A DNA stretch of 64,000 nucleotides from the NCBI GenBank assembly GCA_051313645.2, contig JBNRSN020000005.1:282348001-282412000 (forward strand), read 5' to 3'. This DNA comes from Centroscyllium fabricii. Lineage: Eukaryota. Each line of letters opens with the position of its first letter. The first letter of the stretch is position 1. The notes beneath the pieces are model-generated. The model had not been told where the DNA came from and ran no database searches. It saw only the letters and a program-made list of their open reading frames with translations. Positions 27,144-39,743 of the stretch are shown piece by piece. The translations under genes and the position numbers were made by a program.

Positions 27144-27184
27144 AATATTTTTTTTCTTCAAAAACACCTTTTGTTAAGGTGCTA

Positions 27185-27714
27185 CGGGAAACTCTTTGGT
27201 ATCCGGCACCGGCGGGTTGCCGGTTGATCAAAAATCCCGGATGACAGAGAGCGTTATCTACCGAGGTTATTTTTAACAAAGAAAAATTAAAAAATCAAGA
27301 AATGTGCAGTATACAGTAATTGGGTACTCATCTGCAGAATATTGAGTTAAATGGATGGTGGACAATGCTTGATTAAGTACAGTACTGCCAGTTGAGGGTA
27401 ATGCAATGCAGTGACTACCAGCAGCGTGGGAGACACACAGTACCCCTGTAAAATGACGGATCAGAAGAGACTCCCGGCAGCGCGAGAGAGCCAGACTCCT
27501 GTTACAGGGGTATTGAGGTGTTCTGACTCCCGACAGCGGCAAGAAACCGAGTAGTGGCAGTTTGAAGAACTACCCCCACTGATTAACTCGGCCACCACAG
27601 GAGACTGGGACTCGGCAACATTGCCGGTTATTGAGGTGTTGTTTTCGGATGAGAATGTTGCCGGTTAATAGAGAATTCCGGCTATTCAGGTGCCGTTTAA
27701 ACGAGAGTTTCCTG
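27185..27714. mobile_element. Tc1/mariner (Tigger/pogo-like) MITE
   Basis: TA flanks; imperfect TIRs cgggaaactct…cggcacc / ggtgccg…gagagtttcctg. Confidence 0.72.
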
Positions 27715-27946
27715 TATTTTACAGTCTGTGAGGTAAATTTATGCTTTCATGTCAGCAGCTGTCAACTGCAACAACTTGCTAATTGAAACAAACCTTCACT
27801 TGCTAAATCTCATTTGCCCCCTTTGCTTTTTCGCCAGTGTTTTTTCCTCTTCTTCTGAAGGCAGTGATTCATGCTCGGGTGCAGCTCCATGGGGGCTGGT
27901 AGACCTTCAACTATTCACCGAAGTTGCCCTGCCTCATTTATAAACC

Positions 27947-29147
27947 AAAAGAGTTTTAATCCCAAAAACTGGGTGGATTGGGGTCGGGTAGGAGATTAAA
28001 GAGACTCCAACCCTCCTGCTTCCAGTTTTAATGGAGGCGGGACGGGTGGCGGGCAGCCAACCCACTCCCAGGTGGTAGATCACCCATTTAAATATTATAA
28101 TGAGGCTGGTGTGCCTCATGGTGATCCACCATTGTAAAATTAACTCTGGCTGGTCGGATTTCCTGGGCCTCGGGGAGCCTGCCAGTTAAAGGCAGGTGAG
28201 GACTGCTGGATTCAGCAAGTAAGTGCCTTTCCATTTACCTACTGGATCCAGCGTCCCAGCCTCACACACCCACTGCGATCGGAAACCCCCGGTGCCTCCG
28301 ATCTCCCCCAGGAACAATCTTCCTGTTAAGCAATGTTTGCCCAGCGGTCTGGAAGCACTGTGCAGGCTGTTTAGCGACTTTTAAATGGAAAAACCACACA
28401 TGCGGGGAAATTTGAATGGGCTGCGCAGCCCGTTAAAATAAAAAATTAGCAGGAACATTGCCCACAAAGCTGACGATCACCCCTTGACTGCCCTCTCCCC
28501 TGAAGCCTCCAATATGCCGTCTCCGCCCCCCCCCCCCAAACCAGGCCTACGATCTCCCAATGAGGCCTCCAATCTCCCCCCTCTCAGGCCTCTGATCTCC
28601 CCCACGAGCTCTCCGATCCCCCCAGGCATCTAATCTCCCCCATGAGGTGTCTGATCCCCCCAGTCTCTCCCCCAGGCCTCCAATCTCCCTCACGAGGTCC
28701 CCGCTCCAGTCCCAATGCTCCTCTGGCCTCCAGCCTCCCCTTTCTTCCCCCAGCCCTGATGCTTCTCCAGCCTGCAACCACCACCACCCACCCTCCCCAG
28801 CAACCCTCCCCCCCCCGATGCTCCTCCAGCCTCCCTCCTCCGATGCTCCTCCGGCTCCGAAGCCAGCCCCCACCCGATGCTCCTCCGGCCCCCAACCCTC
28901 CTCTGTCCCAACCAAATCACCCTCTCCCCCCCCCCCCCCCCACCACGATGCCTCCCTCCCTTCACTCTGCGGCCTAGTGCCACAGGCCTACCTGCCCGCA
29001 GCCTCTCCATCTGTCTGGCTGCAGGCGGGAATCAGGGCTTTGTATTGCAAATTTTAGCAGGGCCTGCGGAAAACCCGTTCTCCGGGGTTTTCCGACTGCT
29101 TTCGAGCCACCGTGCTACTGACCCACCTCCAGATTAAGATTCTGACC
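27947..29147. mobile_element. Probable Harbinger-like MITE with an internal C-rich degenerate tandem repeat
   Basis: Degenerate termini (gagttttaatc… / …gattaagattctgacc); cctccgatctccccc-type units at 28480-28960; interrupts an older repeat. Boundaries approximate. Confidence 0.5.
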
Positions 29148-29686
29148 AATGAGTGCTGGCAGGTTTTTTAACTGTGGAGTGTCTCACAGATCGAGACCAA
29201 TCCTGTTCTCAGTCACCATCCACACTTTCTAGCAAGGTTTGCTGGGTAGCGGTTAGGAGCAAGAACATTCCCTCCTAACTCCAAAGACACTGGTCGCAAA
29301 ATTAGGATCATTAGCATCTGTTTTTTGGGTGCCCTCAGAGCTCCAAAATGGTGTCCGCGGTGCACACAGACACACACTTGTGAGGAGAATCATGTCGGGC
29401 ACCATATTGGTGAGTGATCATCTGCCAAAAGTAAGCAGTGCAGGCAGATCATGATGTCAGTTAGCGTGCAACGCTGATTTGATGCCAGCGCTGCCATTTT
29501 GGAGCTCAACACTCCAGCTGATGTGCTCTCTTAGCACGTGTTCAGTAGCAGGAAGGACCCCCCACGAGTGCTATTTAAAGGGATAATCAACTACGTACAT
29601 GTTACTTGCTGGTTGATTTCTTCTGGCTGTTGCTACGATTCTACAAGTGTAGGTGCTTTCCAGAGTTCTTTACAGTTGCAAATGTC

Positions 29687-32165
29687 CAGGGAACCAAGGG
29701 TCTAGTGAGAAAGAGGAATTAAAGGAAATTAGTATTAGTAAAAAAAAAGTGCTGGAGAAATTAATCAGACTGAAAGCCGATAAATCCCCAGGGCCTAATA
29801 ATCTGCATCCCGGAGTACTAAAAGAGGTAGCCATGGAAATAGTGGATGCATTGGTTGTCATCTTCCAAAATTCTATAGATTATGGAACAGTTCCTGCAGA
29901 TTGGAGGGTGGCAACTATAACCCCACTATTTAAAAAAGGAGGGAGAGAGAAAACAGGGAACTACAGACCAGTTAGCCTAACATCATAAGAACATCAGAAC
30001 ATAAGAAATAGGAGCAGGAGTAGGCCAATCGGCCCCTCGAGCCTGCTCCGCCATTCAACAAGATCATGGCTGATCTGATCCTAACCTCAAATTTTATTTT
30101 TACTCTCCATCCCGCCCAAACCCATGTGATCACCCGCGAGAGGCGAAAAACCAGAAAAAAAAAAGAGTGGCCAATTTGGGAGAAAAAATCTGGGAAATTC
30201 CTCTCCGACCCATCTAGGCGATCGAAAACTGGTCCAGGAGATCACATGGCCGATCTGAAACTAGCCTCATGTCCACTTACCTGCCTGCTCACCATAACCC
30301 CTAATTCCCTTTACTTCCAGGAAACTGTCTATCTCTGTTTTAAATTTATTCAATGTAGTAGCTTCCACAGCTCTCTGGGGCAGCAAATTCCACAGCCCCA
30401 CCATCCTCTGAGTGAAGAAGTTTCTCCTCATCTCAGTTTTGAAATGGCAGCCCCTTATTTTAAGATTATGCCCCTTAGTCCTAATTTCACCCACCTTTGG
30501 GAACATCCTCACTGCATCCACCCGATCAAGCCCTCTCACAATCTTATATGTTTCAATAAGATCGTCTCTCATTCGTCTGAACTCCAATGAGTAGAGGCCC
30601 AATCTACTCAACCTCTCATCATATGTCAGCCCCCTCATCCCCGGAATTAACCTAGTGAACCTTCTTTGCACTGCCTTGAGAGCAAGTATGTCCTTTCTGA
30701 AATATGGATACCAGAACTGCACGCAGTATTCCAGGTGTGGTCTCACCAATACCCTGTACAACTGCAGCAAGACCTCCCTGCTTTTATGCTCCATCGCCTT
30801 AGCAATAAAAGCCAACATTCAGTAGTAGGGAAAATGCTAGAGTCTATTATAAAGAATGTGATAACAGGACACTGAGAAAATATCACCAGGATTAGCCAAA
30901 ATCAACATGGATTTATGACAAACCAACTGGAGTTTTTTGAGGATGTAACGGGTAGAATAGATAAGGGAGAACCGGTGGATGTGGTGTATTTGGATTTTCA
31001 GAAGGCCTTTGGTAAAGTCCCACATAAGAGGTTAGTGTGCAAAATTAAAGCACATGGGATTGGGGGTAATATACTGGCATGGATTGAAAATTGGTTAACA
31101 GACAGGAAACAGAGAGTAGGAATAAATGGGTCTTTTTCAGGGTGGTAGGTGATGACTAGTGGGGTACCGTAGGGATCGGAGCTTGGGTCCCAGCTATTCA
31201 CAATATATATCAATGATTTGGATGAGGGAACCAAATGTAATATTTCCAAGTTTGCTGATGACACAAAACTAGGTGGGATTGTGAATTGTGAGGAGGATAC
31301 AAAGAGGCTTCAAGGCGATTCAGCCAAGTTGAGTGAATGGGCAAATACATGACAGAAGCAGTATAATGTGGATAAATGTGAAGTTATCCACTTCAGTAGG
31401 AAAAGCAGAAAGGTAGAGTATTATTTAAATGGTGATAGATTGGGAAATGCTGATGTACAGAGGGACTTGGGTGTCCTTGTATGTCAGTCACTGAAAGCAA
31501 ACATGCAGTTAGGAAGGCAAATGGTATGTTGGCCTTCATTGCAAGAGGATTTGAGTACAGGAGCAAGGATGTCTTACTACAGTTATACAGGGCCTTGGTG
31601 AGACCACACCTGGAGTACTGTGTGCAGTGTTGGTCTCCTTACCTAAGAAAGGATATACTTGCCATAGAAGGAGTGCAGCGAAGGTTCACCAGACTGATTC
31701 CTGGGATGGCAGGACTGTTGTATGAGGAGAGATCGGGTCGAGTAGGTCTGTATTCACTAGATTTTAGAAGAATGAGAGGTGATTTCATTGAAACGTATAA
31801 AATCCTGACAGGCTGGATGCAGGGAGGATGTTTCCCCTGGCTGGGGGGTCTAGAACGAGGGGTCACAGTCTCAGCATATGGGGTAGGACATTTAGGACTG
31901 AGATGAGGAGAAATATCTTCACTCAGAGGGTGGTGAACCTGTGGAATTCTCTACCACAAAAGGCTGTGGAGGCCAAGTCACTAAATATATTTAAGAAGGA
32001 GATAGATAGATTTCTAGACACAAAAGGCATCAAGGGGTATGGGGAGAGAGCGGGAATATGGTATTGAGATAGAGGATCAGCCATGATCATATTGAATGGT
32101 GGAGCAGGCTTGAAGGGCCGAATGGCCTACTCCTGCTCCTATTTTTCTATGTTTCTATATTTCTA
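29687..32165 (+). mobile_element. CR1 LINE, 5'-truncated (ORF2 RT remnant and 3' UTR)
   Basis: KSPGP…NYRPVSLTS, VYLDFQKAF, GVP.GS.LGP, KFADDTK, LVRPHLEYC motifs; (tttctatg)-type tail; stops and frameshifts. Confidence 0.93.
29985..30819 (-). mobile_element. Second CR1 3' fragment inserted antisense into the first CR1
   Basis: Intact 183-aa ORF2 C-terminus (30267-30818); the host frame resumes as LTS|VVGKMLESII. Confidence 0.92.
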
Positions 32166-32971
32166 CAGGGAGTGATGTGGCAGATGCTGAAGGACATTCT
32201 GCTAACTTCAAGGCTTCTGCACAAACCACTTGCTGCCATACATGGGTACACTAGTAGGAATTCCACTTGAAATACAGCATGACTTGGAGAATCAACAGAG
32301 GCCACGCAGAGCAGGACAAGTTGCTAGAAGAGGGAGGAGGAGGGGGAGAAGGGCTCTCAGCAGGTGGCTGTATCCGCCCAGGGTGTTCTGGAAGCAATTG
32401 GCAATTGTCCTACCTGAACCTCAGCGAGGAACAAAGTGTCAGACGTCTGCACTTCAGTAAGGACGTCCTCACTGAAATCTGCCACCTGCTGCAGCCACAA
32501 CTGTAACCTCAGAGCAGGGCAAGGACCGCATTGCCAGTGGCTGTGAATGTGACTGTGGCGATTGTAGTGTATGTAATAAGGCGTATGATGTATGTGATGG
32601 GGCGTATGATGGACAGCCTATGGGCCTATAACAGAGCGGCACTATTTAGTGCATGGCGTAAGAATACGGTAATACCTTTTTAGGCCACCTAGTATAAATA
32701 GCGCTGTACTGCAAGTTGTATTCAGTTTCCACCTGGGCATTGGCCGAGTAAAGACCTTTAGTTTGTTGATTGATCTGTGTCCGAGTAGTTATTGTGCTAA
32801 CCACACAACACAACACTGGCGACGAGATAGTGGAGGAATCCATTAGCTGTAGCATTGCCATCACTGTTGCAGCACGGAAGCAGTTTTGGAAGAAGACGAC
32901 TTCTCCAGCAGAAAGCCTGGAACATTGGGCGTCGACTGAGCAGCCCAGCCCAAAGCAGTGAATGGACACAG

Positions 32972-33175
32972 CCGTCAGGAAGCTGCCGAGAATTGCAGGA
33001 AAGTGACTCTCCAGCCACGGGACCATCAGGAAGCTGTGGAGAATTGCAATGAAGTGATTCTCCAGCCTCGGGACCATCAGGAAGCTGTCGAGAATTGCAG
33101 GAAAGTGACTCTCCAGCCTCGGGACCGTCAGGAAGCTGTCGAGAATTGCGGGAATGTGATTCTCCAGCCACGGGA
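32972..33175 (+). repeat. 4 x 51-bp tandem repeat in the LTR element leader
   Basis: Unit ccgtcaggaagctgtcgagaattgcaggaaagtgactctccagcc(a/t)cggga. Confidence 0.9.
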
Positions 33176-33500
33176 CAACAGACCAGGAAAGGTACGGTGA
33201 ACTTCCAGGGCCAGCCGATTAGGGTAGGACAAAGCCACGGAGTTTAGACCGGGTGATTCAGGAAACTCCCGGTGGCGTAAAACGGGGTGGACACTGTAAC
33301 CGGGTAGTGAAGACCTATCGCGAGTGAAAACGGGCACCCCACCACCGAGTAAACTGCGGGATAGCGGGACAGGAGCAGAACAGAAGGTGGGAAGCCTAGA
33401 CCGTGTCGGAATCGCGGTGGAGGAGAAAGGCGGGAAGCCTAGAGAAAGAAGAAAAACAAATTTTGGGAAGATTACTGCGGAGATATTGCAGGGAAGAAGG

Positions 33501-33590
33501 AAAAGGGCGTGAAAGACGCCATCCTGGAGCAAAAGGGCGCGAAAGACGCCATTTTTGGAAAAAGGGCGCGAAAACGCCATCTTGGAAAGA
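33501..33590 (+). repeat. 3 x ~30-bp tandem repeat
   Basis: Unit aaaagggcgcgaaagacgccatc/ttt gga. Confidence 0.85.
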
Positions 33591-33634
33591 GAATAAATTT
33601 TTACTTGAGAGTTTTTGCAGTGTGCTCAACCATC

Positions 33635-34843
33635 ATGAACAGAGCACTCGAAGTGTTGAAGGGACTATTCATTGCTCCATTTGATGCCAGTGAGGAGGAC
33701 TGGGACACTTATATAGAACGAGTGGAGATTTGCTTTCAAATAAATGGGGTGTCGGCAGACCAAAAAGCAGTAACCCTTTTGAATTGTATGGGTCCACAAC
33801 CTTTCGGACTTTTGAGAGACCTGATTACACCAGAGAAGCCAACGGATAAATCATTGGACCAGATTGTGAAAACGCTAAATGACCATTTCAGTTCAGCATT
33901 GCCTGTAATTGCAGAAAGATACCGGTTTTATCGACAGAACCAATGTAGGGGGGAGTCGATAGCAGTGTACTTGGCTGAAGTATGCCGATTAGCGAGGAAT
34001 TGCCAATTCCGAGATGTTTTTGACGAATACCCTGCGAGACAAGTTAATCTGTGGCATGAGTGATAAAGCCACCCAGAGACAGTTGTTAACGAAGCGACAG
34101 CTGACCTTGCAGCAAGCATTTGACATAGCTTCAGCTAGAGAGGCTGCTACACAGCATGAACCACGCCATGATGCACCGGTAGGCATTCTTCAATCCATCA
34201 AGGGCTACCGATGTGGCAGATCAAACCACGCTCATACTATCTGTTGGTTCCGAGATAAGACGAGCCAGCGATGTGGCAAGTTAGGCCATATGGCAAGAGT
34301 TTGTAGAGCAACCAAGAGTAACAGCGGGGATAGTCCACAGTTGAATGCAAGTAAGTACCAGAGACTCACGATAGACTGGGACTCACTGAACAACCCCAGT
34401 TCCCCAGCAGAAGACAGTGAAATAGACAGATCAAACCTGCAAACTCGCAAACAAGATGAGGAGAGAGTCAAAAAGCTAGAAGGGGCTTTGAGTGCGTGTG
34501 TGGACAAAGTAGACCGACAGAGGTTGGACCTGCCAAGCCTATTTGACGGATTGCGCTCAGACAGACTATTTGTCGAATGGAGGTCAGAGATTTCCACTCG
34601 AGAAGTCGACTTTAGAAACCACCCCAAGCTATGGACAGACAAAGCTAAAACTGATGGTGTGGAGTTCAAGCAACAATAGCAGGACATGCAAAACCAGTTG
34701 GATAAATTGTACCAGAATCTGCCTCCCTTGGAGAAGTTAACACCGCCAGAGGACTACGAGATTGCCCTAGATGTCGTAAATGATGTCGAGAGAGAGTGAC
34801 GGAATTATCGTAAAGGCAAAACTAAGCCAGAAGATGTGGGTTG
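33635..34843 (+). pseudogene. Mag-type gag with two Zn-knuckle remnants and an unrecognised C-terminal extension
   Basis: FD…WDTYIER…IAERYRF…GESI…LRDKLICG, YRCGRSNH…C, RCGKLGH…C; frameshift near 34030, stops at 34677 and ~34797. Confidence 0.85.
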
Positions 34844-35430
34844 AACTGTTGCGAACAATGGCATGGGCTGCAATTGTAAAAAACTGTTTACCTCACTTTA
34901 GTATAATGTTAAGAAGAAGATCGAAAAGAAAATGTTGGTATAGATAAACCGCTTGTTATGTTAATTAGTAGAATCTAGCTGTTGTTGTAATGATGTACAT
35001 TCTCTGTAAGAAAAGGGGCGACGTGTTATCTAAAAGGGGAGGGATGTAGTGTATGTAATAAGGCAGATGATGTATGTGATGGGGCGTATGATGGACAGCC
35101 TATGGGCCTATAACAGAGCGGCACTATTTAGTGCATGGCGGAAGAATACGGTAATACCTCTGTAGGCCACCTAGTATAAATAGCGCTGTACTGCAAACTG
35201 TATTCAGTTTCCACCTGGGCGTTGGTCGAGTAAAGACCTTTCGTTTGTTGATTGATCTGTGTCCGAGTAGTTATTGTGCTAACCACACAACACAACAGCG
35301 ATGAATTTTTATGTGTCGGACTCCTTCCAGGCTGGAGCTGGAGATATTTGCAACATCTTGCAGTTTGCTATCCACTGCTGCGTTAGGCAGATTACTGAGG
35401 CTCTCTATTCAAAGAGAGCTGACTACATTT

Positions 35431-35728
35431 ACATCCCAAACCCATCAACTCTACCGCCTAGGAGGACAAGGGCAGCAGACGCATCGGAACACTGCCACCT
35501 TCAAGTTCCCCTCCAAATCACACACCATCCCGACTTGTAAATAAATCGCCATTCCTTAATCGTCGGTGGGTCAAAATCCTGAAGCGCCCTACCTAACAGC
35601 ACTGTGGGAGTACCTTCACCACACGGACTGCAGCGGTTCAAAATGGCATCTCACCACAACCTTCTCAAGGGCAATAAATACTGGCCTTGCCAGCGATGCC
35701 CACATCCCATGAATGAATTTTTAAAAAT
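35431..35728 (+). mobile_element. LINE 3' fragment (CR1/L2 group), same family as 58553-60005
   Basis: Aligns by eye to the reverse complement of 58560-58830; interrupts the transposase. Confidence 0.85.
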
Positions 35729-35910
35729 TCTCTTTTGCCAGAGCGAGCATGCGGCTTCACGAGGATTGCAGGCTTCTCCATGTTGCATGGTGCCATTGAC
35801 TGCATGCACATCGCTTTGCAGGCACCGCATGTCAACTCTGCCCTATACCAGAACCGAAAGGGTTTCCACTCCCTCAACGCCCAGCTGGTGTCCGACCATA
35901 GGCACCGTAT

Positions 35911-38900
35911 TGTAGCAGAGCAACTAGGGGGAGACATCCCGATCTCCCCAAAGAGTCAGAATCCTCATTACAGAGTTGGTCCCGCCCCGTTTCCACATTG
36001 GTGAGTTGGACCAACATTTCTGGTCCCTGATTGGTCCGGCAGGCTGTCTGTCAAAAGCCCCATCATGCTTTGCGTTTTCGCGCATTTTGTCAGTCAGGCG
36101 TTTTCTGGATCGACCCAATAAAGACCTGTTTTCGTTTGCTCTGCATTTCTCGATGTTATTATTGATTTTGACGAGTAGGAAACTGCCGTTCCCTACAATT
36201 GGTGACCCCTAATGTTAGCCCCTGAAGGTGCTGACCTGAACGCGAGCCCCGAGGCCGGGCAACGCGAAAGGCCGTCGACGATCAGCCTCCCCATCTTTTG
36301 GGAGCATAAGGCAGCCACTTGGTTTTTGCAGACAGAGGCCCAGTTCCAGCTCAAGCACCTCGATAGCGATGAGGACCGCTACCTCCTCATCATTTCGGCT
36401 CTGCCTAGCCACGTTGCCGCCGACATTGTGGACCTGCTGCGGGACCCGCCTCAAACTAACAGGTCCGCTGCCGTTAAGAGCTGACTGCTCCAGGCTCACG
36501 ACTTTCCAGAAGATGTAAGGGCCCGGTAACTCCTCGAACTTTCGGAGTTAGGCGACTCCACACCTACGCGCCTTATGAATCACATGCTAGCCTTCCTCGG
36601 GGACCACAAAGATTGCCCTCTGTTTCGGGCGCTATTTATCAGTCTGCTCCAACAACCTGTGCAATCGGCTTTAGCGAACGTTAGAGGCGGGACCTACGCC
36701 GAACTGGCCACCGCCGCGGACCGCGTTTGCCTTTGCGCACCCACTAATTGTGCATCCACGAGGCTCACAGCCCCTACGCAGCGGGCAACACCTCCATCCC
36801 AGCCGGGACTCTGTTATTACCATGCACGCTTCGGCCCGAAGGCTCATCACTGCCGACCGCCTTGTTCATTCGACGGCAAAGAGGTTGCGCCCAAACCTCA
36901 CGCTCCGGCCCAGCTGCAGCAAACGCCATTGGCACAGCAGGAAAATTGCTGTACGTCACGGACTCACTGTCCAGACGAAAGTTCCTCTGCGACAAAGGGG
37001 CTCAATGCAGCATTCTGCCAGCTACGCAGCTCGATCGACAAGCAGGCCGCAGTGGCCCACCCCTCGTGGCAGTGAATGGCACAGCCATAGCCACTTTCTG
37101 AAAGCGGCGGGCGGAGATTCGCCTGGGTGGCCAACGGTTTACCTGGGATTTCGTTACAGCCAACGTGAAACATACATTGCTGGGCACGGATTTCCTGTGT
37201 GCCCATGGCCTGCTCGTGGAAGTCCAGGGCAGACACCTCATGGAGGCGTCTACCTTTACCTCCCTGCCCTGCCAGCAGAGTGACAGCCAACTCCTCGTGG
37301 GCTCCTGCTCTCCTCCTCTTCACGACAAATACGCGCGCCTACTGGCCGAATTTCCGTCCATTGCACAGCCGACCTTTTCCGAGGTGGCGGCCAAACATGG
37401 CGTCCGACATCATATCGCCACAACAGGCCCACCAGTTTTCGCTCGAGCCAGGCACCTCGACCCCACTAAGATGGCAGTCGCCAAGCAGGAATTCTCGGCC
37501 AATGAAAAGTTGGGGATCATTCGCCCTTCGAACAGCCCGTGGTCGTCCCCGCTCCACATCGTTCCCAAGCCCGGTGGCGGCTGGCGACCGTGTGGCAACT
37601 ACAGGCGCCTCAATGATGGACAGATACCCGGTGCCACACATTCAAGACTTTTCGGCCCATTTGGCGGGCAAAACAGTTTTTTCAAAAGTTGACTTCATCC
37701 GAGAATACCACCAGGTCCCGGTCCATCCGGACGACGTCCAAAAGACGGCAGTGATTACACCTTTTGGACTTTTTGAATTCCTACATATGCCCTTCGGTTT
37801 GAAGAATGCGGCACAGGTTTTCCAATGGTTGATGGACTCTGTCCTTCGGGACTTGGACTTATTATTTGTATATCTCGATGACATATTGGTTGCTAGTACG
37901 GATGGCTCTCAACATGTTGTGCATTTGTGTGCTCTTTTTCAGAGATTGGCCCATCATGGCTTAATTGTAAACCCAGTTAAATGTCAATTCGGCCTTGCAG
38001 CTATTGATTTTTTAGGGCATCACATCTCCCCGGCGGGAGCCATCCCCTTACCCTCTAAGGTTAAAGTGGTCACTGCTTTTCCCCAGCCCAGCACGGTTAA
38101 GGCACTCCAGGAATTTCTGGGAATGGTAAATTTTTATCACTGGTTTATTCCCAGGGCTGCCTCCCTCATGCGCCCCCTGTACGAGGCCACCCGGGGCAAA
38201 ACCGGCAGGATAGTCTTCAGTGGTCGGCCGAAATGGCTGAGGCTTTTTGCCTCACTACGTCAGCCCTGGCTGAAGCCACCCTTTTGACCCACCCCATCCC
38301 GGGCGCCCCACTATCGCTCACGATGGACGCCTCGGATCATGCCATTGGCGCCGTTCAGCAACAATGGGTTGACGGCGCCTGGCAGCCCCTCGCATTTTTT
38401 AGCCGCCAACTGCGGAAAAGTGAGCTCTCGTATAACACGTTCGACCGGGAACTGCTAGCTCTTTTTCTTGCAGTGCGGCACTTTTGTTTTCTCTTGGAGG
38501 GCCGTCTGTTCACTGCTTATGTGGACCATAAGCGCCTCATTTTCACCATGTCCAAGTTCACTGAACCCTGGTCAGGTCGCCAACAGCGCCACCTGAATTT
38601 CATTTCCGAATTTACCATGGACATTCGTCACGTGTCCGGTAAGGACAATGTCGTTGCCGACTGCCTCTCCCATCCTTCCATCCACGCGGTCCACGTTGGT
38701 GTCGATTATGCAGAGATGGCGCGCGCCCAGCAGGCGGACGCCGAGCTGCAGGCTCTTCGTTCTGCCTCCGCCAGCCTGACTTTAGCGGATGTTCATTTTC
38801 AGGCAGCCGGCACGACCCTCTTGTGTGACGTGTCCGTGCCCTACCCTCGGCCCTTAGTGCCCACCTCCTGGCGCATGTACGTCTTTGGTTTGGTCCATGG

Positions 38901-39602
38901 GCTCTCCCACCCGGGCATGCGAGCTTCTCAGAAGCTCATGTCCGCCAAATTTGTCTGGCCAGGCCCACATAAAGATGTGTGGAACTGGACTTACACCTGC
39001 CAGGACTGCCAACGCGCTAATGTCCATCAGCACACTAAGGCTCCCCTGCAAAATTTTCCGGTGCCCGAGCGACGGTTCGATCATGTTCATGTTGGCTTGG
39101 TTGGCTCCTTGCCCCCATCACAGGGTTTCACCCATCTCCTTACCATAGTGGACCGCACGACCAGGTGGCAAGAGGTCATTATCCTTACTTCCACCACTTC
39201 AGCCGATGTAGCACACGCCCCCTGCACCGGCAGGCTATCGCACTCGCAGCGGCCGCCTCATCATGCCTCCTCGGAGGTTGACCTATCATGTCCATGCGGA
39301 TTCTGGGGGGCATATGTAGCAGAGCCACTAGAGGGAGACTTCCCGATCTCCCCAAAGAGTCAGAATCCTCATTACAGAGTTGCTCCCGCCCCTGTTTCTC
39401 CATTGGTGAGTTGGACCAACATTTCTGGTCCCTGATTGGTCCTGCGGGCTGTCCGTCAAAAGCCCCATCATGCTTTGCGTTTTCGCGCCTTTTGTTAGTC
39501 AGTTGTTTTCTGGATCGACCAAATAAAGACCTGTTTTCGTTTGCTCTGCATTTCTCGATGTTATTATTGATTTCGACGAGTAGGGAACTGCCGTTCCCTA
39601 CA
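35911..39602 (+). mobile_element. CsRn1-clade Ty3/Gypsy LTR retrotransposon, internally deleted in integrase
   Basis: LTRs 35911-36197 and 39315-39602 (TGTAG…CTACA), 4-bp TSD GTAT, PBS TGGTGACCCC (tRNA-Trp), Gag CHCC motif CYYH…C..PC. Confidence 0.92.
36212..39220 (+). pseudogene. gag-pol pseudogene (Gag, PR, RT, RNase H, partial IN)
   Basis: LPIFW…WFLQTEAQF; FLCDKGAQCS; SPWSSP, MPFGLKNA, YLDD; DASD…RELLA…NVVADCLS; H.LSHPG…C..CQ; several stops and frameshifts. Confidence 0.92.
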
Positions 39603-39743
39603 GTATCATGCAGGTCAATACCCGCTATCCTGGCAGCAGTCATGCTGCCTCATTCTGTGGCAGTCCACTGTGCCAGCTGTAATTCAGCCACCATGGCAAA
39701 CCAAAGGGTGGCTGATGGGCGACAAGAGCTATCCACTGACGAT

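Larger units (their letters stand above)
32563..35297 (+). mobile_element. Non-autonomous Mag-like Gypsy LTR retrotransposon (gag only)
   Basis: 253-bp LTRs (32563-32815, 35045-35297; TG…CA), 5-bp TSD GCGAT, PBS TGGCGACGAG (tRNA-Ser type), PPT aaaaggggaggga; no PR/RT/IN motifs. Confidence 0.93.

Noticed and set aside
28547-29137. Pro/Gly-rich overlapping ORFs
   Set aside because: Product of a C-rich low-complexity repeat.
32972-33175. CRISPR-like periodic array
   Set aside because: Head-to-tail 51-bp tandem units without unique spacers, inside a eukaryotic LTR element.
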